Below, piece by piece: positions 62,268-64,000 of a stretch of DNA of 64,000 nucleotides. Each line of letters starts with the position of its first letter. Position 1 is the first letter of the stretch. The notes under the pieces are model-generated. The model searched no databases and was not told where the DNA came from. It saw nothing but the letters and a program-made list of their open reading frames with translations. The stretch comes from Mobula hypostoma (taxonomy: Eukaryota): NCBI RefSeq assembly GCF_963921235.1, contig NC_086097.1:29142001-29206000 (forward strand). The letters are read 5' to 3'. Made by a program: the position numbers and the translations under genes.

Positions 62268-62650
62268 TTCTGCAGATGCTGGACATCCAGAGTAACACAC
62301 ACACACACACGGCAGGTGAGGCAGCATCAACGGAGGGGAATAAACAGTCGATGTTTCAGTTCATCAGGACTGGAAAGGAAGGGGGACGGAACCAGAATAA
62401 GAAGATGGGAGAGGGGAAGAAGTACAGACTGGAAGGTGACAGGTGAGACCAGGTGAGGGGGAAAGTGGGTGGGTGGGAAAGGCAAAGGGCTGCGGAAGAA
62501 GGAATATAATAGGAGAGGAGAGTGGGCCATGGGAAAAAGGGAAGGAGGAGGAGCAGCCGAGGGTAGCGATTGGCAGGCAAGGAGAAGAGAAGGGGTAAGA
62601 GCAAAACTGGGAATGGGAAAAGGGGAGAAGGGAGGGTCTGAAGTTTCAGG
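62268..62650 (-). mobile_element. Penelope-like terminal repeat; hammerhead stem II deleted
   Basis: 62345-62372 rc CAGTC CTGATGA ACT GAAA CATC GACTG. Confidence 0.8.
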
Positions 62651-62924
62651 GAGTCAGAGGAGATCCTGCCTCTGCTGATACCAGGGGACAGGCAGTTCAG
62701 GAGGGTGGATCAGCCCGTTTAGGGGGACCAGGGTTTCCGGAGCTCTCTTCCCAACAAGCTGTGGTTCCGCGGTCAATTGGAAAGGGTTAGGATGAAGCGG
62801 CAAAAAGACTGATATGCACCAGTGACGTTAAGAGTTGCGGATTAAGAGGGGTGTGACTAGATACGGATTGCTACATCTTATTGGTAGAAAAACTGGTGGA
62901 ACAGAATGGGATAAGATCAAAGGA

Positions 62925-63488
62925 CTATAAGAGGGGAATAGAATCAAGCCATTTATCCCATCGAGTCTGTTCCTCCATTCCATCACGGCTGATTTATTAA
63001 CCCTCTCAACCCCATTCTCCTGCCTTCTCCCTGTAACCTTTAATGCCTTTACTAATCAGAGAACTATCAACCTCCACTTTAAATATACCCAATGACCTGG
63101 CCTCCATAGTCACCCGTGGCAAAGAATTCCAGAGATTCATCTGCGCTTTGGTGAGAGAAATTCTTTCTCATCTCTGTTCTATTCTGAGGCCGTGCCCTCT
63201 GATCTTGGACTCTCCCACGATAGGAAACATCCTCCCTACATCCACTCTACCTTTCAATATTCAGTGGACTTCAGTGAGATCCCCTCTCGTTCTGCTGAAC
63301 AGTGAGCACAGGCCCAGAGCCATCAAAAGCTCCCCAAACATTAACCCTTTCATTCCCAGGATCATTCTCGTGTACCTCCTCTGGACCCCGTCTAATGCCA
63401 GCACATTCTTTATTAGATCAGGGATCCAAAACTGCTCATGATACTCCAAGTACGGTCTGGCCAATGCCTTATAAAGCCTCAGCATTAC
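62925..63488 (-). mobile_element. CR1 3' fragment
   Basis: MLRLYKALARPYLEY..LDGVQRRYTRMI..RGDLTE. Confidence 0.85.
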
Positions 63489-63489
63489 T

Positions 63490-63960
63490 TGTTCATTATA
63501 CAGTGCACTGAGGTAGAACAAGGTAAAGCAATAACGACGCGGAATATAGTGTAACAGCAACAGAGAAAGCACAGTGCAGGCAGACACTGAGGTGCAAGAC
63601 CATGACGAGGTAGAGTAGATTGTGAGGTCAGGAGCGTCGTCTCATTGTAGAAGAGGTCCACTGCAGTGTCAGCAGGGTAGAAGCTGCCCCTGACCCTGGT
63701 AGCTGCAAGAAGATGACATGGCCCCGATGGTGGTTGTCTGATGACGGACGTTGCCTTGTTAAGGCAGTGCCTCCTGTAGATACTCCCGATGGTGAGGAAG
63801 GGGATGTGCCGATAATGTCCAGGGCAGAGTCCGCTACTCTGTGCACCCTTACACCCTGTGCGGTGGACAGTGATGAGACCGGACGGGACACTTTCACCAG
63901 TACTTCTGTGGAAGTTTGTCAGAGTGTTCAGTGGCAAACTGCACCTCCTTACCCTCCTAA
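63490..63960 (-). mobile_element. Rex1-like 3' fragment
   Basis: NTLTNFHRSTGES..IYRRHCLNKATSVI. Confidence 0.72.
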
Positions 63961-64000
63961 GAGTCGGGGTGTGGGTGGAAACCGGAGCACCCAGAGGAAA

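Overview
Eukaryotic, vertebrate non-coding DNA (intronic or intergenic). The repeat repertoire points to a cartilaginous fish, probably a ray or skate; this is inference from repeat families only. I recognise no host protein-coding exon or RNA gene, and every ORF with a recognisable product is transposon-derived. Most of the window is a nested mosaic of mobile elements: (i) CR1-clade LINEs, including one 5'-near-complete, 3'-truncated copy at ~19606-23030 with an SGNH-esterase ORF1, APE endonuclease and RT; (ii) Rex1/Babar-like LINE fragments; (iii) tRNA-headed SINEs; (iv) RTE 5'UTR relics, a Tx1-like relic, a Tc1 transposase remnant and a 238-bp solo LTR with a 5-bp TSD; (v) microsatellites, including a ~1.15-kb alternating purine-pyrimidine tract. 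The most interesting signals are three. First, about 12 Penelope-like (GIY-YIG) terminal repeats carry a minimal type-I hammerhead ribozyme motif that is decaying at CpG sites. Second, two ~205-220-bp fold-back units built from that ribozyme-bearing repeat have perfect 12-14-bp target-site duplications. Third, a young ~620-690-bp non-coding retroposon with an L1-like YY1 head and a (TCTAA)n tail is present in three copies. Repeat boundaries are read by eye and approximate unless a TSD is given.
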